NCBI GenBank assembly: GCA_963746775.1
Contig: CAVVCK010000002.1
Coordinates: 303,592 to 367,591 of the forward strand
Length of the DNA stretch: 64,000 nucleotides
Direction of reading: 5' to 3'
Origin: an uncultured bacterium
Lineage (GTDB): Bacteria > Patescibacteriota > JABMPQ01 > CAVVCK01
Positions 60,417 through 64,000 of this stretch are shown piece after piece. Numbering within the stretch: position 1 is the first letter of the stretch; each line of letters begins with the position of its first letter. Position numbers and translations under genes: made by a program. The notes beneath the pieces were generated by a model. It saw only the letters and a program-made list of their open reading frames with translations. It searched no databases and had not been told where the DNA came from.

Positions 60417-61436
60417 TTAGTGTTCAAATGCTCTATTGGCCCCTACCCCTTGTGTGGCTGTTTCTATTGCTTGTTTATATTCTGTAGCTGCGCTTCTTTT
60501 TTGTTTTGATCCTCCGGTAATAGCAGATATACCAGCAGATACAGCTTTATTTATTAATAAATCTACTATTTGACCTAAAAATCCTAATAAATCAGCAAAA
60601 ACCTCTGACCCTACACTTCCTTGCTCTAATGTATTATATGATTCCAGTGCTCCAGCTATAGTTTCTCCCGTAGTCTGTACGGGACATTCATTTTCCTGCA
60701 TCTCTCCATCATGATTTGTATCATTTGATTCTGCTGTCCATTGAGAACAATCTCTTGTGCCCAAAAATCCTCTGTTAGCTGATGCTTCATCTCTTAAATC
60801 ATTAGCAGTTCGTGTAGATTGAGTAGCAAATCTTTCTTGCGCATCTATATATGCTCCATATTGATTATTTGATCCTAAACTTGTTTGAAATAAACCAGAT
60901 AAGTAGTTATGGTTTATTTCATCCCATAACGCTTCTCCTCCTCCTCCCGTATCCTGTTCTGCTGTAATAACCCTTTCCAACATCTGAGCTAAATTACTTT
61001 GATCATAAGTACAATCCGGTTGATCGCTACCATCCCCGGTATTTAGAGCCGTTTCATTGCCTAAAGCTATTCTAACATTCATAGAAAAATCAGCACACAA
61101 TGAAAAATTACTAAACTGACCCACAACTGATTCTAGGGTCTGGAAAAGCAAATCCTCATAGAGCCAAGTTTTAAATGAGTCCATGTCCATGGGAAATTCA
61201 CCAGTAGTAATATAACCAATAACTATTTTCTTTATTAAGGGAAAAATCACTGATTTCCAAATGGACACCAATAAATTATTCAATATTTGTTTAATATCAA
61301 AAACAGGACCGATAGCTTTTGCTTTTTTGGGCATTGCTAGAACTCCTAATCCGCTAGCTACAAAACAAACAATACCTATTAAACTTATTAATAATAGTTT
61401 TTTAAATATATGATGTTTCTTAAAAATTAAGATCAT
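60417..61436 (-). CDS. exported hypothetical protein of the T4SS-like locus
   Basis: PKKAKA signal end; LCADF, GFLGTRDC, CPVQTTG. Confidence 0.7.
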   Translation of the reverse strand: MILIFKKHHIFKKLLLISLIGIVCFVASGLGVLAMPKKAKAIGPVFDIKQILNNLLVSIWKSVIFPLIKKIVIGYITTGEFPMDMDSFKTWLYEDLLFQTLESVVGQFSNFSLCADFSMNVRIALGNETALNTGDGSDQPDCTYDQSNLAQMLERVITAEQDTGGGGEALWDEINHNYLSGLFQTSLGSNNQYGAYIDAQERFATQSTRTANDLRDEASANRGFLGTRDCSQWTAESNDTNHDGEMQENECPVQTTGETIAGALESYNTLEQGSVGSEVFADLLGFLGQIVDLLINKAVSAGISAITGGSKQKRSAATEYKQAIETATQGVGANRAFEH

Positions 61437-61479
61437 CTTTATTAAATTATATTTTTTATTTTAAATAAATTATAAAATC

Positions 61480-62589
61480 CTACTGATGTTGTTCCAAAAA
61501 AGCCTTACTGGGCAATTCTACCCCATTCTCTTCAGCTAATTCTTGTGCTCTAGGATAAACTTTATCAAAAATGTAATCATTAAGACTACTGAATTGGGGT
61601 AATAAATTCATTACTTCATAAAAAGCATTATTTCCCTGGAAATCCATATTTTCAAGTGAATTAAACAAACCTTGCAAGGTAATCGCTGAAGTTAAAACCT
61701 GCTTGTGAAATTCTATAAATTCTGGCTTATTGGGCACTTCTGTTTCTATAAATTCGCCTTTTATTTCTAAAACAATATCTTCTAATTCTTTTATTTGAGA
61801 AGAATTAGCTATATCTACAGTTTCAGCATAACTTTCTGCTTCATCCATACTATGAATAGGAGAATTACTATATAATATAATACCTATTATATTAAAATAA
61901 TCCTGAATGAATTCTTGAGAAGTATTATCTGATACTTTTACATCTTCTTCTGGCACTTCAGGAAAATCAATTTCTTTTTCGAGATCAATTTTTGAGGTAT
62001 CTAATCCAATAGAGGCTAGTGAATCTGGAGTTACCTCTGAAAAATTCTTAACATTTAAAATTTTTTCTATACTACTTGAAGTTGTATCACTTGTTGAAGA
62101 ATTATCACTTTCTGTTTTTTTAATAATTGGCTCCAAAAAAGAAAAATCTGCTTGTAAAGGATCATGCCCAGTTAATATTTCAAAACCATCAGAATAACCA
62201 TCATAATCTGTATCAGCTTTATTGGGATCAGTTTTGTATTTTCGTTCATCTTCCCCTGTCAATCCATCTTCATCCTTATCTACTAAATTATTTCCCTCTT
62301 GTTTTAGTGGATCAAAGCCTGCCTTAACTTCTTCTCCATCTGTATAACCATCATCATCACTATCATAGTTATATGGATTTGTTCCTAGTTCATATTCTTT
62401 TTTGTCAGATACGCCGTCAGAATCAGAATCCAAACCAGATATATCAAAAATAGATTTTTCTTCGTTTTTATCTTTAGCAGAAAACATATCCTGCCAAAAA
62501 AAAGCCTTAACATTTAGGGCACTGGTAATAGAAAAAAATGATATCACTATCACAACTAATCCGATTATTTTTTCTCGGTATAATTTCAT
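61480..62589 (-). CDS. exported protein with TSP3-like Ca-binding repeats
   Basis: DSDSDGVSD, DSDDDGYTDGEE, DKDEDGL, DTDYDGYSDG. Confidence 0.85.
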   Translation of the reverse strand: MKLYREKIIGLVVIVISFFSITSALNVKAFFWQDMFSAKDKNEEKSIFDISGLDSDSDGVSDKKEYELGTNPYNYDSDDDGYTDGEEVKAGFDPLKQEGNNLVDKDEDGLTGEDERKYKTDPNKADTDYDGYSDGFEILTGHDPLQADFSFLEPIIKKTESDNSSTSDTTSSSIEKILNVKNFSEVTPDSLASIGLDTSKIDLEKEIDFPEVPEEDVKVSDNTSQEFIQDYFNIIGIILYSNSPIHSMDEAESYAETVDIANSSQIKELEDIVLEIKGEFIETEVPNKPEFIEFHKQVLTSAITLQGLFNSLENMDFQGNNAFYEVMNLLPQFSSLNDYIFDKVYPRAQELAEENGVELPSKAFLEQHQ

Positions 62590-62748
62590 ATTAAATTTAT
62601 TTTTAACTCATGCAAATTATAACACACATTTGATTATGTTTCCAAAGCATTGGGTGTGAATAACTCAAATCACGAGAACATAAAAACAATTTAAACTTAT
62701 ACATTTTTTTAAACATTGTGTATCAGGAATCCGAAATTATATTTTGTT

Positions 62749-63579
62749 TTAATATTTTAATGTTTTTAGAATTTTATATAGTTCCATCCATTCCCTTAAA
62801 TCCAAAGTCTGCGCTCTTCTGGCTGGATCAATTTTAGCTTTTTTTAATATACTTTTAGCATTATCACCTGAAATTAGTAAACCGTTTGAAATATTATTAT
62901 GTATTTGTTTTCTTCTCGCAGAAAATCCAGCTTTCACAATTCTAAAAAATGAATTTATATCATCAATTTTATACTTTGGTTTATTATAAACTTCAAACTT
63001 AATAACAGCACAATCTACGTCTGGTTTAGGATAAAATGACCTGTTCGATACTTGCCTAATTATTTTAGAATTACTATATAATTCACAAGCGATAGACAAA
63101 ATACTTCTGTTTTTATCTGTTGCCACAATTCGATCAGCTACTTCCTTTTGCATTAATAAAACCATTATACTGGGCTTATTATCCATTTCTAAAAATATTC
63201 TTAAAAATCTCGAAGTTAAATAAAATGGTAAATTAGCAATAACCTTATAGTTTGGAAATTGGAAATTAGAAATTGGAAATTTTAATATATCCTCATTAAT
63301 TATTTTTAAATTTTTATTGCTTTTAAATTTTTTTTCTAGGTATGGAATTAGATTCTTATCTTTCTCAATAGCTAATACTTGGCAATTTTTCTTAATAATT
63401 TCTTCAGTCAAGATTCCCAATCCCGGCCCTACTTCTAAAACAGTATCATTACTCATCAGATCAGCTGCCTCAACCATATCATGTACCACACTTTCACTAT
63501 ACAAAAAATTTTGCCCTAATACTTTATTAGCTTTTAAACCAAAATTATTTAATTCTTTTTTTAATTGATCTCTATTCAT
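62749..63579 (-). CDS. rsmA: 16S rRNA A1518/A1519 dimethyltransferase
   Basis: LGQNFL, LEVGPGLG, ANLPF, MQKEVA, F.ARRK. Confidence 0.98.
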   Translation of the reverse strand: MNRDQLKKELNNFGLKANKVLGQNFLYSESVVHDMVEAADLMSNDTVLEVGPGLGILTEEIIKKNCQVLAIEKDKNLIPYLEKKFKSNKNLKIINEDILKFPISNFQFPNYKVIANLPFYLTSRFLRIFLEMDNKPSIMVLLMQKEVADRIVATDKNRSILSIACELYSNSKIIRQVSNRSFYPKPDVDCAVIKFEVYNKPKYKIDDINSFFRIVKAGFSARRKQIHNNISNGLLISGDNAKSILKKAKIDPARRAQTLDLREWMELYKILKTLKY

Positions 63580-63637
63580 TTATTTATAACTTTATAATTA
63601 TATATATTACTACATTAAATTATTTTTGGAATTTGTC

Positions 63638-63669
63638 CGCCTCTAACAACGGATCCGCCGTTAGAGGCG
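63638..63669. repeat. GC-rich REP-like hairpin
   Basis: CGCCTCTAAC-aacggatccgcc-GTTAGAGGCG. Confidence 0.65.
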
Positions 63670-63707
63670 AAATATTTATTTGGAAATGGAAATTGGTTAT
63701 TCAAATA

Positions 63708-63736
63708 AAAACACGCGGTATAAGCACCGCGTGTTT
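63708..63736 (-). terminator. intrinsic terminator
   Basis: AAACACGCGGT-ataagc-ACCGCGTGTTT. Confidence 0.85.
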
Positions 63737-63758
63737 AATTTTATCAAAATTAATATCT

Positions 63759-64000
63759 TTAATAAATATATCCTTTAATAACTCCACTCTTGTTAGAAAC
63801 AGCTCGAGTACTTTCAATGGCAAATCCACGATAATTCATCTCACTTACATAGACAGTATCACCTTTTACTCCAGTAACAATAGCTACATGTCCCCACCAG
63901 CTTTCGCTAGTAACCATTATTGATCCTACAGCCGGTACTCTACCAGTAGCTCTACCTTGAGCTCTAGCATTTGTAAGCCATTGACCAGCGTTACCACGCC
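63759..64000 (-). CDS. CHAP-domain protein, 3' part only
   Basis: Manual translation RGNAGQWLTNA...PAVGSI...WGHVAIV...VSEMNY...IKGYIY*. Confidence 0.92.
   Translation of the reverse strand, partial: RGNAGQWLTNARAQGRATGRVPAVGSIMVTSESWWGHVAIVTGVKGDTVYVSEMNYRGFAIESTRAVSNKSGVIKGYIY

Noticed and set aside
63633-63923. 96-aa plus-strand ORF
   Set aside because: Antisense to the CHAP gene and crosses its terminator

Overview
AT-rich bacterial chromosomal window using genetic code 11 (TGA stops are used). Gene content points to a CPR/Patescibacteria genome (Parcubacteria/ABY1-like; inference). Housekeeping genes: dnaE, thrS, miaB, gatCA, ligA, recG, radA, mpg, rsmA, htrA, three tRNAs (Ser-UGA, Ser-GCU, Arg-GCG). 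Surface/uptake genes: type IV pilin and pilD, comF, an FG-GAP/thermonuclease fusion, six proteins with Ca-binding DxDxDG modules, a class F sortase with an ice-binding (DUF3494) substrate, and a ~20-kb minus-strand T4SS-like locus (VirB4, PrgI, VirB6-like, two VirB2-like pilins with C-terminal cargo, one an NlpC/P60-like hydrolase). I read four ORFs absent from the track (three small ORFs, one frameshifted GIY-YIG gene) plus partial CDSs at both ends. Non-coding DNA is rich in structure: a four-helix-bundle (Avd-like) gene embedded in short-repeat arrays, orphan 7-10-bp repeat footprints, REP-like palindromes (two inside coding sequences), a MITE-like pair with 4-bp target duplications, DnaA boxes ahead of four surface-gene promoters, and a G8 tract in a promoter spacer. 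All calls are by-eye motif recognition; no searches were run.
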